In this document: in pieces, positions 10,091 through 21,404 of the stretch | Layout of the letters: the number at the start of each line of letters is the position of its first letter | Position numbering within the stretch: the stretch's first letter is position 1 | From: Gemmatimonadales bacterium | GTDB lineage: Bacteria > Gemmatimonadota > Gemmatimonadetes > Gemmatimonadales > GWC2-71-9 | Length of the DNA stretch: 64,000 nt | NCBI GenBank assembly: GCA_041615815.1 | Contig: JBFJCP010000009.1 | Coordinates: forward strand, 32,001 to 96,000 | Reading direction: 5' to 3' | Program-made: the position numbers and the translations under genes | The notes under the pieces: model-generated | Seen by the model: the letters and a program-made list of their open reading frames with translations, nothing else | The model's database searches: none | What the model was told of the DNA's origin: nothing

Positions 10091-10372
10091 TCACCGAAGG
10101 TCTCGCAACGCCGCGGGATCCTCCTCCGCCAGCGCCTCACACGCGAGCGTGATGACGGCATCAGCGGCCAAGACGGTCAACGCGGTCTCTCGTGTTTGTC
10201 GTTCGCTCTTGGCCTCCTCGATGAGCGCCTCCGCCAAGCGCGCCAACCCGGCGGGAAGGGCACACGACTCGAGCCCGCGCTCCTCGCGCGCAGCCGTTAC
10301 CGCTATGCGCTCTCGCAGCGATTCCGGCACTCCCTCGTAGTGCGACGCTAACCACCGCCCGATGTCGATCAG
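10091..10372 (-). CDS. Small helical hypothetical protein, probable CTG start
   Basis: ORF 10091-10330 stays open upstream to a CTG at 10372 that overlaps the alaS stop (CTGA). The extension reads (M)IDIGRWLASHYEGVPESLRERI. GTG 10330 is the alternative start. Confidence 0.6.
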   Translation of the reverse strand: MIDIGRWLASHYEGVPESLRERIAVTAAREERGLESCALPAGLARLAEALIEEAKSERQTRETALTVLAADAVITLACEALAEEDPAALRDLR

Positions 10373-13002
10373 CTGACGCCGGCCCCCAACAGATCACCCA
10401 CGATGTCCGGAGTCTTCTCGCGGGCCAGGGCCAGCTTCGCCGGATCCCCCGCGCCGGCGGACGCGAAATGGGGCCGGCCCCCACCCTGCCCCCCGCTCAC
10501 CGCGGCGATCCGATTTACGATCTCGCCAGCCTTGATACCGCGGGCAATGAGGTCGTCCGTCACGCCAACATGAATGCCAGGACGGTCGCCGCTGACGAAC
10601 AAGACCTGAATCGCGTTACGGTGCTGATCACGGAAGGCATCCATCAACACGCCAATCCGAGCGCGGTCCGTCACCGGTGAATCGCCAACCAAGAGCAAGG
10701 TCTCACCCACCCGATGCTCGAGGAGGCCCTCGCCCTGCATGGCCGAGCCTTTACGGAGCAGATCCTCGACTTGTCGCTCGAGCTGCTTCTTCTCGTCGAT
10801 AAGCGACTCGATCTTGCGTCCAACGTGTTCGGGGCTCGTGTGCAGCGTGTTCGCGGCTTCCGCGACCCGGTCGTCCAGCATCTTGACCAAATCGTAGGCG
10901 CCGGGACCCGTGACCGCTTCGATACGCCGTACGCCCGCGGCGACGCCCGACTCGGCCGTGAAGTGGAAGAGGCCGATCTGTCCGGTCGTTCGGACATGCG
11001 TGCCTCCGCACAGCTCCATCGATAGACCCTTGATGTCCACCACCCGCACCTTGTCCCCATATTTCTCCCCGAAGAGCGCGATGGCACCCCTGGCGATGGC
11101 CTCATCATACGGGAGCTGGTAGGTCACGATCTCGGCATTGTGCCAAATCCCCTCGTTGACCTCCTGCTCGATGGTACGGAGATCGTTCTCGTTCACCGGG
11201 GCATGATGAGAAAAATCGAACCGAAGCCGGGTGGGGGCGACCACGGAACCCGCTTGGCGAACGTGTTCGCCCAAGATGTGACGAAGCGCCGCATGCACCA
11301 GGTGGGTGGCCGTGTGGTTGCGCTCGATGTTCCGACGGCGGGCCTCGGTCACCGCCGCCTCCACGTCGGTGGGCTCGAAGGGGCCCTCATATGGCCCGGT
11401 TACCACCTGCTTGCCATCCACCTTGAGAACATCCCGGACAGACAGCTCCCAACCCTCCCCTTTCACGACACCCGTGTCGCTCACCTGGCCGCCGGACTCG
11501 GCGTAGAACGGGTTCTCATGCAGCACGAGCTGTAACTCGCCGTTCGCACGTCGGAAGGCGAGGATATCCGTTTCGGTCCGCGTCGTGTCGTACCCGACGA
11601 ACTTTTGCCGTACGCGCGGCCTCACCCGGGTGAATTTGCCTCGTGCCCGCTTGGTGTGGACCGCCGGGCCGCTCTTCTCCTCGACCTCCGCCCCTTCACG
11701 TGACCGTTCCCGCTGCCGGGACAGCGCATGCTCGAACCCCACCTCGTCCACGGTCCAGCCCCGCTCGGTGGCAATCACCCGTGTGAGGTCCACCGGAAAT
11801 CCAAACGTATCGTACAACCGAAACGCGTCGTCGCCGGAGATAGCCCCGGCGGAACCCGTCATCAGGTCGTCCAGTCGCGCCAGGCCCCCCTCGACGGTCT
11901 CCAAGAAACGCTCTTCCTCAGCCTGCGTCACCTGGAGCAGGTGGGCGGACTTCTCCTGCAGCTCCGGGTACACGTCGCCCATGCCATCGATGACCACCTC
12001 GACCAGTCTTGCCAGGGTAGCCTCCCGCCGACCGAGCAGGTACGCATGCCGAACCGCACGGCGCAGAATCCGCCGCAGCACGTAGCCCCGCCCTTCGTTG
12101 GACGGGTACACCCCGTCCGCCAGCAAGAACGCCACGGCCCGAGCATGGTCCGCGAGCACGCGGTATCCGGCCCCCGCCGATCCGCGGTCGTACGGTTTCT
12201 CGATCACTTCCTCGGCGCGGCGGATGATCGGCATGAAGAGATCGGTGTCGAAATTCGATGGAACGCCCTGCATGACGGCTGCGATCCGTTCGAGCCCGGC
12301 CCCCGTATCGACGGACGGGGCCGGCAGCGGTGTGCGAACACCGCCTGGGGTCTGGTCGAACTGCATGAACACGAGGTTCCAGATCTCGAGCAAGACACCG
12401 GACTCAGCAAGATCGACGAACCGTTTCTGGTTCAGCTCGCCGCGCCCCCCTCGGTCGTACTCGAGATCCACGTAGATCTCGGAGCACGGTCCACATGGCC
12501 CCGTATCGCCCATCTGCCAGAAGTTGTCCGCGTCCCCGAGCCCATAAATGCGCGAACCCTCGAGACCGGTGACGGTCTGCCAGAGACGGCGCGCATCCGC
12601 ATCGGTGTGGTGGACGGTCACGTACAGTCGGTCCGGGTGGATCCCGAGGTACTCCTCACTCGTGACCCACTCCCAGCCGAACGCGATCGCCTCCCGCTTG
12701 AAATAGTCGCCAAAGGAGAAGTTGCCGAGCATTTCAAAAAACGTGTGGTGCCGCGCCGTGTGGCCCACCTGCTCCAAATCGTTGTGCTTGCCTCCGGCCC
12801 GCACGCACTTCTGCACCGTGACGGCCCGCCGGTAATCACGCTTTTCGAGCCCCTGGAAGACGCGCTTGAACTGCACCATGCCGGCGTTGGTGAAGAGCAG
12901 CGTGGGATCACCATGCGGCACCAACGGCGACGAGGGCACGTGCCGGTGTCCCCGGGCCTTGAAGTAGTCGACGAAAGAACGTCGGATCTCGACAGCGTTC
13001 AT
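10369..13002 (-). CDS. alaS: Alanine--tRNA ligase
   Basis: LLFTNAGMVQFK, HHTFFEMLGNFSFGDYFK, editing motifs HTATH and ELCGGTH, C-terminal GGG. Start at ATG 13002 (MNAVEIR). Confidence 0.99.
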   Translation of the reverse strand: MNAVEIRRSFVDYFKARGHRHVPSSPLVPHGDPTLLFTNAGMVQFKRVFQGLEKRDYRRAVTVQKCVRAGGKHNDLEQVGHTARHHTFFEMLGNFSFGDYFKREAIAFGWEWVTSEEYLGIHPDRLYVTVHHTDADARRLWQTVTGLEGSRIYGLGDADNFWQMGDTGPCGPCSEIYVDLEYDRGGRGELNQKRFVDLAESGVLLEIWNLVFMQFDQTPGGVRTPLPAPSVDTGAGLERIAAVMQGVPSNFDTDLFMPIIRRAEEVIEKPYDRGSAGAGYRVLADHARAVAFLLADGVYPSNEGRGYVLRRILRRAVRHAYLLGRREATLARLVEVVIDGMGDVYPELQEKSAHLLQVTQAEEERFLETVEGGLARLDDLMTGSAGAISGDDAFRLYDTFGFPVDLTRVIATERGWTVDEVGFEHALSRQRERSREGAEVEEKSGPAVHTKRARGKFTRVRPRVRQKFVGYDTTRTETDILAFRRANGELQLVLHENPFYAESGGQVSDTGVVKGEGWELSVRDVLKVDGKQVVTGPYEGPFEPTDVEAAVTEARRRNIERNHTATHLVHAALRHILGEHVRQAGSVVAPTRLRFDFSHHAPVNENDLRTIEQEVNEGIWHNAEIVTYQLPYDEAIARGAIALFGEKYGDKVRVVDIKGLSMELCGGTHVRTTGQIGLFHFTAESGVAAGVRRIEAVTGPGAYDLVKMLDDRVAEAANTLHTSPEHVGRKIESLIDEKKQLERQVEDLLRKGSAMQGEGLLEHRVGETLLLVGDSPVTDRARIGVLMDAFRDQHRNAIQVLFVSGDRPGIHVGVTDDLIARGIKAGEIVNRIAAVSGGQGGGRPHFASAGAGDPAKLALAREKTPDIVGDLLGAGVS

Positions 13003-13061
13003 GGCTCTAAAGCTAATAGGGGACGTGGGATGGGATAAGGCAGAACGACGCATGGAAGATG

Positions 13062-13706
13062 CTACGCGTGGGAGGGCTCCTCCGACAGCAGTTCTTCGAT
13101 CAGTTCCGTGACGTCCCGCCCTCGGAAGCCCCGCCGCTCGAGGAAGGCGAGAAGACGCCGCCGCCGTTTCACGATCGGGATGTGGCGGAGCTGGTGGGAC
13201 CGTCGGGCGGCGAGCTTCCGTACCTGCTCCGTGCGGCTCACACCCTCCGATTCCAGACCCGCGTCCACCGCGCGCTCGGCCAGTCGACGATCGACCCCAC
13301 GCATCTGAAGATCGCGAAGTAATCGGGCGCGACCGTAACCTTTGGGAGCCCGGACGCGCACGAAATGCTCGGCAAAGGCCGAGTCGTCCAGCAGCCCGGC
13401 ATCTTCCAACCGTCCGACCGCTTCGGCCGCCGCGGAGGGGTTGTGACCACGATCGCGCAGTCGACGGAGCACTTCTTGGACAGATCGGGGCCGCGCGGCG
13501 AGCAAGCGCAGCGCTACCCGATACGCTCCGTCCACATCTGCGGCGTAGGAGAGTCGCGACGCGTCAGCGTCGGTCAGATGCTGCCCATCGTCGATCCCCA
13601 ACGCTTCGACGGACTCGGCCGGCAATGTCGCGAAACGAGCTCCGTCCACCTCGATGACGAGGCGGCCCGGAGCCCGTGGATGTGGCCGAATACCGGTAAC
13701 GTACAT
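13062..13706 (-). CDS. recX: Regulatory protein RecX
   Basis: LLAARPRSVQE, LLDDSAFA, LERRGF; directly downstream of recA. Start at ATG 13706. Confidence 0.92.
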   Translation of the reverse strand: MYVTGIRPHPRAPGRLVIEVDGARFATLPAESVEALGIDDGQHLTDADASRLSYAADVDGAYRVALRLLAARPRSVQEVLRRLRDRGHNPSAAAEAVGRLEDAGLLDDSAFAEHFVRVRAPKGYGRARLLRDLQMRGVDRRLAERAVDAGLESEGVSRTEQVRKLAARRSHQLRHIPIVKRRRRLLAFLERRGFRGRDVTELIEELLSEEPSHA

Positions 13707-13773
13707 GGCTCTCAGTACGGCGAGGGCCGGAACCCGCGAGACCCCGCGTCCGGCCTTGCAGTCCGGACCGGAA

Positions 13774-14859
<1,086 letters not shown>

Positions 14860-14909
14860 GCTCACCTCAATCGTCCTTGAAAAGGGCTAGGAGTGGGAGG
14901 GCCAGGCGG

Positions 14910-14926
14910 ACCGAATATAAACCGAA
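14910..14926 (-). promoter_or_regulatory. recA upstream direct repeat TTCGGT-TTATA-TTCGGT overlapping a -10-like TATATT
   Basis: ACCGAA at 14910-14915 and 14921-14926 on the + strand, in an AT-rich patch about 50 bp upstream of recA. Confidence 0.5.
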
Positions 14927-14933
14927 GTCCCCG

Positions 14934-15332
14934 CTAGCGCCACCCCGGCCAAAAGGCGTCGGCGACGTGTTCGACCCGAGGAGCGCCGCGGCCCACGGTG
15001 ATCCCGATGACGTCGAACCGGTACCGGTAGGTCGGGCGGCCGTGGCGGTCCACCCAGGCGGATGCCACACGAGCCAATTCTCGCCGTTTCGCATGCGTGA
15101 CCGCCTCCAGCGGGCTCCCAAACCCAGCCCCGAGGCGGGTCTTGACCTCTACGAAGGCAATCACGCTCCCCCGGCGTGCTACCAAATCGACCTCCAGCCG
15201 CCCGAGGCGAAAGCGATGCTCCAAGACGCGCCAACCGGAGCATCGCAGGTGCTCCACGGCGATCCGCTCACCCCACAACCCCAGCCGATGCCGGGGATCG
15301 CGCCACCCATTGGGGTCCGAGCGTACCGGCAT
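14934..15332 (-). CDS. yraN: YraN family putative endonuclease (UPF0102)
   Basis: LGLWGERIA, EVDLVA, FVEVKTR, RFDVIGI. Confidence 0.93.
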   Translation of the reverse strand: MPVRSDPNGWRDPRHRLGLWGERIAVEHLRCSGWRVLEHRFRLGRLEVDLVARRGSVIAFVEVKTRLGAGFGSPLEAVTHAKRRELARVASAWVDRHGRPTYRYRFDVIGITVGRGAPRVEHVADAFWPGWR

Positions 15333-15439
15333 GGAGCACCATAGCCGTTCATCCGCTCCGCTCTAGGACCCGAATGCGGCTTCCCGGGACAAATCCCTGC
15401 GCACCATTTCGACGATCCAGCCTATCCCGCCCGTCGTCA

Positions 15440-17605
15440 TCATATCCGATCGAGATCCGCCATCCCCACCAAGACTTCCCGGGGCTTGGATCCGTCCGGC
15501 GGACCCAGCACGCCGGCGTCATGCAGCTGGTCGATGATCCGTGCGGCTCGTCCGTAGCCGATGCGGAGCTTCCGCTGCAGCAACGACGTGGAGCCAAGCT
15601 GGTTCTGGATGCACGTCTCGGCGGCCTCGCGAAAGAGGACGTCCCGGTCGTTGGAGCCACCCCCACTCACCGTGGCGCTTGCCTCCTCAGACTCCAACGC
15701 CTCCACCACCTCGAGAATGTCTTCCTCTTCACGCGCCGGCGCGGCCGCGGCTCCCCGGTACCACGCGGTGATGCCCTCCGTCTCCTCTGTCGAGATGAAC
15801 GCCCCCTGCACACGAATCGGTTCGCTCTTCCCCGGCGGCAGGAAGAGCATGTCGCCGTTCCCGAGCAAGGTCTCTGCACCGTTTTGGTCGATGATCGTGC
15901 GGCTGTCCACCTTGGAGGCGACGCGAAACGCGATTCGGCTCGGGAAGTTGGCTTTGATGAGTCCGGTGATGACGTTGACGCTCGGCCGTTGCGTGGCGAG
16001 AATCAGGTGAATTCCGGTGGCCCTGGCCTTTTGCGCGAGAATGGCCAACGGCTTTTCGACCTCGCTCTGGACCGTCATCATGAGATCCGCCAGCTCGTCC
16101 ACGATGATCACGACATAGGGAAGCGTTCCGTCCTCGTAGGGCAGCGGCAGATCCGTTTGATCACCACCCCCAGCACTCCGGTCGCCGCTCGCCGAAGGCT
16201 CAACGAGTTCCTTACCTTCCGTCACTCTCCGATTGAAGTCGTAGAAGTTTCGCGCGCCGTTGGCATGAAACAGCTCGTACCGGCGGTCCATTTCCAGCAT
16301 GGCCCACTTCAGTGCCTGCGCCGCTTGGTGATTGTCGGTGACCACCGGGTGGCGCAAGTGGGGCAGCGCATTGTACACCGATAGCTCGACCATCTTGGGG
16401 TCGATCATCAGCAGCCGAAGCTCTTGCGGCGTGTACCGGTAAATGAGACCCGTGATGACCCCATTGATGCACACGGACTTCCCGGAACCGGTGGCACCCG
16501 CGATGAGGAGATGGGGCATCTTGCTCAGGTCCGCGATCACGGGCCGGCCCTCGAGGTTGCGGCCGAGGGCGATGGGCAACGCGGCACGGCCCCGTCCCCA
16601 CTCCGCCGACTCCAACATCTCCCGCAGCGTGACGATCTGGGCGGTGGGGTTGGGGACCTCGACCCCCACCGCCGCCTTCCCGGGGATCGGCGCGATGATG
16701 CGGATCGACTGCGCTCGCATGGCCAGGGCCAAGTCGTCCGCCAGTGCGGCAATACGTCCCACCTTGACCCCGGGTGCCGGGGCCACTTCGTATTGCGTCA
16801 CGACCGGCCCGGTGGTCCGACCCACAATCGATCCGTCCACGCGAAACGTCTTGAGGGTGTCGATGAGCACATCCCCCAACCGTTCGATTTCCTCGGTCCG
16901 GCCATTCGTGGTCTCCTTGGCCGGGACCCGCAGGAGATCGACCGGTGGAAGCTCTTCCATCGGATCGTGCGTACCCGTCTTGATGGCCTTCCGGGCTTTG
17001 CGACTCGTCTTTGGCGTCCCGCCCGGAGTGGGAGCCCCGGCGTCGTTTTCCTCTTGATCAGCGACGGATGCCTGTTCCCACACCGGTGGTGGCACGGGGG
17101 TAGCGCGGTGCGGCGCGGCGGCGAGTCGCCGGAAGGGATGCCAGTCCAGCGTGTACAACGTGAGCGCAGAGAGCGCCAGCACGATCACGAGCGCGGCTCC
17201 TGCGGTTCCGACCACCGTGGTCAGGAGGGTCGCGAGGAAGCCGGGAAGAATGCCGACCGTGCGCTGGACCAGCGTCCAATCCGCGTACGCCGGCGGAAAC
17301 GTGCCACCACCCCGGAGCCCGGTCACGACGCCCACGGCCACTGGGACCAACACGATACCCCCACCGAAGAGCACACCCGCACGGCGGTAATCGAGCATGC
17401 GCAGTCGGCGGAATCCGGCTAGGGCGAGCGTACAGAAGAGAATCGGCGTGAGAGCCGCCCCAATGCCGAGGTAGGTCCACAGCACCCCGCCTACGGTACG
17501 CCCGAGTGGTCCGGTGATACCGATGGGAAGCAGACTCAGCAGCAGGAATATTCCCACCAGCAATGCGGCAATGGCGAGGATCTCCCGACGTCGGTCCGGC
17601 TCCAT
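15440..17605 (-). CDS. ftsK: DNA translocase FtsK
   Basis: N-terminal TM region, PHLLIAGATGSGKS, DELADLMM, ATQRPSV, gamma domain LLQRKLRIGYGRAARIID. Confidence 0.97.
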   Translation of the reverse strand: MEPDRRREILAIAALLVGIFLLLSLLPIGITGPLGRTVGGVLWTYLGIGAALTPILFCTLALAGFRRLRMLDYRRAGVLFGGGIVLVPVAVGVVTGLRGGGTFPPAYADWTLVQRTVGILPGFLATLLTTVVGTAGAALVIVLALSALTLYTLDWHPFRRLAAAPHRATPVPPPVWEQASVADQEENDAGAPTPGGTPKTSRKARKAIKTGTHDPMEELPPVDLLRVPAKETTNGRTEEIERLGDVLIDTLKTFRVDGSIVGRTTGPVVTQYEVAPAPGVKVGRIAALADDLALAMRAQSIRIIAPIPGKAAVGVEVPNPTAQIVTLREMLESAEWGRGRAALPIALGRNLEGRPVIADLSKMPHLLIAGATGSGKSVCINGVITGLIYRYTPQELRLLMIDPKMVELSVYNALPHLRHPVVTDNHQAAQALKWAMLEMDRRYELFHANGARNFYDFNRRVTEGKELVEPSASGDRSAGGGDQTDLPLPYEDGTLPYVVIIVDELADLMMTVQSEVEKPLAILAQKARATGIHLILATQRPSVNVITGLIKANFPSRIAFRVASKVDSRTIIDQNGAETLLGNGDMLFLPPGKSEPIRVQGAFISTEETEGITAWYRGAAAAPAREEEDILEVVEALESEEASATVSGGGSNDRDVLFREAAETCIQNQLGSTSLLQRKLRIGYGRAARIIDQLHDAGVLGPPDGSKPREVLVGMADLDRI

Positions 17606-17606
17606 G

Positions 17607-18350
17607 TCAGCTCCTGGTTGGCAGCGAGACGAGGCGCCCGGCGTAGCGCGGCACGACCGTGTGCGTGTCCGGGTCGCACGCCGCCAGGATATCGTCCTTG
17701 AAACCTAGGCGTCGGAGCTGCCGCGCGGCGGCGCTAGCCTGAAAGGCGCGCTTCCACCGATCACCGTAGCGACGCACCAACTGTAAGGCCGCGATGGCCG
17801 CGTCGTTCAGTTCGGCGCTGCGCCGCTCGCTCGCAGGAATGAGGGCTTGGGCGAAGCGCCCGGCAGCGTAGGCATCTTCGAGGGCAAACCCCCGCTGTCG
17901 GCCGCTGCAAAGCAGGATGATCTCCCCATGCTTGGCCACGGCGTCTGCGGCCGCGGCGGCAGCGGCCGTGAAGTTGGTGGCAGCGCCCACGAGCACCAAG
18001 CCGCCGGCCTCGGCCGCCTCGAAGGCAGGGGTCCCGTTCGTGGTCGCCATGACGATCGTCTTCCCCGTCACCGCTTCGGGGCGCATCTCGCCCGGAGAGT
18101 TGCCGAGCGCAAATCCCTCGATGCGCAAGCACCCCTGTTCTCCGGCCAGCACCACATTGTCGGATTCCAGGCTGTTGGCCACCCGCAAGGCCTCTTCGGC
18201 GTTGGGGGTTGGCACGACGGCCCGGGCGCCATTGCCCAGTGCAGCAACCATCGTGGTCGTTGTTCGGAGCACATCCAGGACCACCACCGGCTTGCCGGCA
18301 ACCGCGCTGTGGGTCAAACCCAGAGGGGTGAAGTAGACGGAGACCTTCAT
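17607..18350 (-). CDS. comB: 2-phosphosulfolactate phosphatase family protein (ComB-like)
   Basis: [29 protein letters not shown]. Confidence 0.9.
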   Translation of the reverse strand: MKVSVYFTPLGLTHSAVAGKPVVVLDVLRTTTTMVAALGNGARAVVPTPNAEEALRVANSLESDNVVLAGEQGCLRIEGFALGNSPGEMRPEAVTGKTIVMATTNGTPAFEAAEAGGLVLVGAATNFTAAAAAAADAVAKHGEIILLCSGRQRGFALEDAYAAGRFAQALIPASERRSAELNDAAIAALQLVRRYGDRWKRAFQASAAARQLRRLGFKDDILAACDPDTHTVVPRYAGRLVSLPTRS

Positions 18351-19708
18351 TCAGCCGACAGCGTGAAGAGCTCGGTATGTCGCTCCAGGAATTTGGTGTC
18401 GACGCGCCCGGCTTGGAACTCCCGGTGGTGAATGACCCGTTGAAGGAACGGGATGGTCGTGGTGACTCCCTCGATGATGAACGAGTCGAGAGCTTGACTC
18501 ATGCGCGCCAGTGCTTCGTCCCGCGTATTGCCATGGACGATCACTTTGGCGAGCAATGAGTCGTAGTACGGCGGGACGGTGTACCCGGCGTAGATATGTG
18601 TATCCACCCGGACCCCGGGACCACCGGGCGGATGAAACGTGGTGATGGTGCCGGGTGAGGGTTGGAAGTTGCGAAACGGATCCTCCGCGTTGACACGACA
18701 TTCGAGGGCGTATCCTCGCAACCGATTGTTGTACAGGACGAGACCAACCGGTTCTCCGGCTGCGACCCGGATCTGTTCTTTCACCAGGTCGTAGTTAGTC
18801 ACCATTTCCGTCACCGGATGCTCCACCTGGATCCTGGTGTTCATCTCCATGAAGTAAAAATGACCCTCCGGGTCCAGGAGGAACTCGACGGTTCCCGCAC
18901 CGACATAGCCGATGTGGGCAGCAGCTTTCGTAGCGGCCGCCCCCATGCGTTCACGGATTTCTTGCGTGAGCGCGGGGCTCGGGGCCTCTTCGATCAACTT
19001 CTGGTGCCGTCGCTGGACCGAGCAATCCCGCTCACACAGATGCACCACCTTACCGTGGCGGTCCCCCATCACCTGGATCTCCACGTGCCGCGGCTGATCG
19101 AGGTACTTCTCAATGTAGACCTCGGCGGATCCAAAGGCCGCGAGCGCCTCGTTGCGGGCCAACAGGAAGGCGCGTTGGAACGCCTCCGCATCACGGGCGA
19201 CCCGCATCCCCTTCCCACCTCCACCTGCCGCCGCCTTGATGATCACGGGAAAACCGATCTCGCCGGCAATCCGCAATGCTTTCTCGGCGTCGTCCACCGT
19301 CCCTTTGGAGCCCGACACCACCGGGATGGAGAGCTCCGCCGCCAGCTTCCGCGCACTCGCCTTGTCACCCATTAGCCGAATCTGCTCGGCCGTGGGGCCG
19401 ATGAACGCGATGTTGGACGCTTCGCAGGTCTCGGCGAACTCCGCGCTTTCGGCGAGAAAACCGTAGCCGGGATGGATGGCATCTGCCCCGGTGATTTCGG
19501 CGGCGGCGATGATGTTGGGGATCTTGAGATAGGACAGCCGGCTCGGCGGTGGGCCAATGCACACATCGTCGTCGGCAAACCGCACGTGCAGACACTCGCG
19601 ATCCGCCTCGCTGTAGACCGCGACGGTCTGGATCCCGAGTTCGCGACAGGCACGGATCACCCGCAACGCGATTTCGCCGCGGTTGGCGATCAGGACCTTA
19701 TTGAACAT
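18347..19708 (-). CDS. accC: Acetyl-CoA carboxylase biotin carboxylase subunit
   Basis: [46 protein letters not shown]. Confidence 0.98.
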   Translation of the reverse strand: MFNKVLIANRGEIALRVIRACRELGIQTVAVYSEADRECLHVRFADDDVCIGPPPSRLSYLKIPNIIAAAEITGADAIHPGYGFLAESAEFAETCEASNIAFIGPTAEQIRLMGDKASARKLAAELSIPVVSGSKGTVDDAEKALRIAGEIGFPVIIKAAAGGGGKGMRVARDAEAFQRAFLLARNEALAAFGSAEVYIEKYLDQPRHVEIQVMGDRHGKVVHLCERDCSVQRRHQKLIEEAPSPALTQEIRERMGAAATKAAAHIGYVGAGTVEFLLDPEGHFYFMEMNTRIQVEHPVTEMVTNYDLVKEQIRVAAGEPVGLVLYNNRLRGYALECRVNAEDPFRNFQPSPGTITTFHPPGGPGVRVDTHIYAGYTVPPYYDSLLAKVIVHGNTRDEALARMSQALDSFIIEGVTTTIPFLQRVIHHREFQAGRVDTKFLERHTELFTLSAE

Positions 19709-19711
19709 GTG

Positions 19712-20881
19712 TCAGGGGGTCTGACCTTGAAGCCCCTCGCCCTCGCCCTTGGCCGCAATTTCCTCGGCGAACGTCCGATCGGACGCGCTCTCGATGCCGC
19801 TGACCCGTAACGCGAACTCGCTGGGGTTGCTCGAATAGAACAGCGCCGCCTCGTAGCTGATGGCGCCTTGCTTGTACCAATTCATCAGCGACTGATCGAA
19901 GGATTGCATACCGTACTGAATGGTGCCTTCACGGATCAGCTCCGGGATGGCCAGCGCTTTTTCCGAGTCCCGGACGTTGTCCCGGACCGCTGCCGTGTTG
20001 ATGAGCACCTCGCAGGCCGGCACACGTCCCTTTCCATCTCTGCTGGGCACCAGACGCAGGCACACCACCGCCTCCAACGCCGTCGAGAGCAACGAGCGGA
20101 CGGCCTCGTGCTCGTGTGGGGGGAAGAAGGAAATGACCCGATTGATCGTCTGCGTGGCGTCGGTGGTGTGGAGGGTCGAAAACACCAGGTGTCCCGTGTC
20201 CGCCGCCTTGAGGGCCGTGTCCAGCGTGATCTTATCACGGATTTCGCCGATCAGGACGACGTCGGGATCCTGCCGGAGCACGTGGCGGAGAGCCGATTCG
20301 AACGACAGGGTGTCCGTTCCCACCTCTCGCTGGGAGATGTTCGCCAGTCCGTCCCGGTGGAGAAACTCGATGGGATCCTCGATCGTGATCACGTTGCACC
20401 GGCGGTGCAGGTTGATGTGGTTGACGAGCGCGGCCAACGCCGTGGACTTCCCGGACCCCGTCACGCCTGTGACCAGCACGAGCCCTCGGGGTTTCAGGGC
20501 TATGGACTCGAGGACACGCGGCAGATTGAGGTCGCCAATGGTCTTGATCTCGTACGGCACGGCGCGGAACACGAAGGCCAGCGTGCCCCGCTGCAAATAC
20601 ACGTTGGTCCGAAAGCGCCCGATCCCCGGGACGCCGATGGCGAAATCCGCCTCTTTTTGCTCGGCGAACTCTTTGACCTGTCGTGGCGTCATGAGCTGCT
20701 CGGCCAATCCCTTCAGCTCCTCCGGCTTCAGCGGCTCCTGCTGCAGTTGATAGAGCTCGCCGGCCACCCGGACCGTGGGTGGGCGGCCAACCTTGAGATG
20801 GAGATCCGAGGCCTCCAGCTGCACCATCTCCGTGATGGCGGCCTTGAAGTTGAACGGACGGAGTTTCGTGGCTTCAACCAT
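19712..20881 (-). CDS. pilT: Type IV pilus retraction ATPase (PilT/PilU family)
   Basis: [58 protein letters not shown]. Start at ATG 20881. Confidence 0.9.
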   Translation of the reverse strand: MVEATKLRPFNFKAAITEMVQLEASDLHLKVGRPPTVRVAGELYQLQQEPLKPEELKGLAEQLMTPRQVKEFAEQKEADFAIGVPGIGRFRTNVYLQRGTLAFVFRAVPYEIKTIGDLNLPRVLESIALKPRGLVLVTGVTGSGKSTALAALVNHINLHRRCNVITIEDPIEFLHRDGLANISQREVGTDTLSFESALRHVLRQDPDVVLIGEIRDKITLDTALKAADTGHLVFSTLHTTDATQTINRVISFFPPHEHEAVRSLLSTALEAVVCLRLVPSRDGKGRVPACEVLINTAAVRDNVRDSEKALAIPELIREGTIQYGMQSFDQSLMNWYKQGAISYEAALFYSSNPSEFALRVSGIESASDRTFAEEIAAKGEGEGLQGQTP

Positions 20882-21404
20882 GGGGATCGACCCTGAACAG
20901 GACCTGTCCATACTCTACCGGTTGCGCGTCCTGAACGGCGATCTCCTTGATCATGCCCGAGATCTCCGCGTCGATGGGGTTCATGATCTTCATCGCTTCG
21001 ATGATGCAGAGCGTCTGTCCCGGACTGACCCGACTCCCCACGCGCACGTACGGTTCCGCACCGGGCTCCGGCTGAGCGTAGAACGTCCCCACCATCGGAG
21101 ACTTGATATCGAGCAACTGAGAGGGGGGCTCGGCCGGCGTCGCGGGCTCCGGGGTCGGCGTGCTCGGGGCGGCCGTGGATGCTAGACGCGCCGCGGGAGC
21201 TCCACCTGCGGCGGTCGGTGCCGCGTTCGTCGCCGCCGGGGCCGATGGCGAAATCTGATACGTCACCGAATCGGCATTAGCAAACCCACCCGACTTCGAA
21301 ACCCGTACCGTCGTGCTCCACCAATTCTTCTTCACCTCGATCGCGGAGGCGCTCGAGGAGTTCAGCATGTCGATGAGCTTTTCGACGAATCGCAGATCAA
21401 TCAT
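20874..21404 (-). CDS. accB: Acetyl-CoA carboxylase biotin carboxyl carrier protein
   Basis: Ala/Pro linker, SPMVGTFY, EAMK biotinylation motif. Confidence 0.97.
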   Translation of the reverse strand: MIDLRFVEKLIDMLNSSSASAIEVKKNWWSTTVRVSKSGGFANADSVTYQISPSAPAATNAAPTAAGGAPAARLASTAAPSTPTPEPATPAEPPSQLLDIKSPMVGTFYAQPEPGAEPYVRVGSRVSPGQTLCIIEAMKIMNPIDAEISGMIKEIAVQDAQPVEYGQVLFRVDPHG

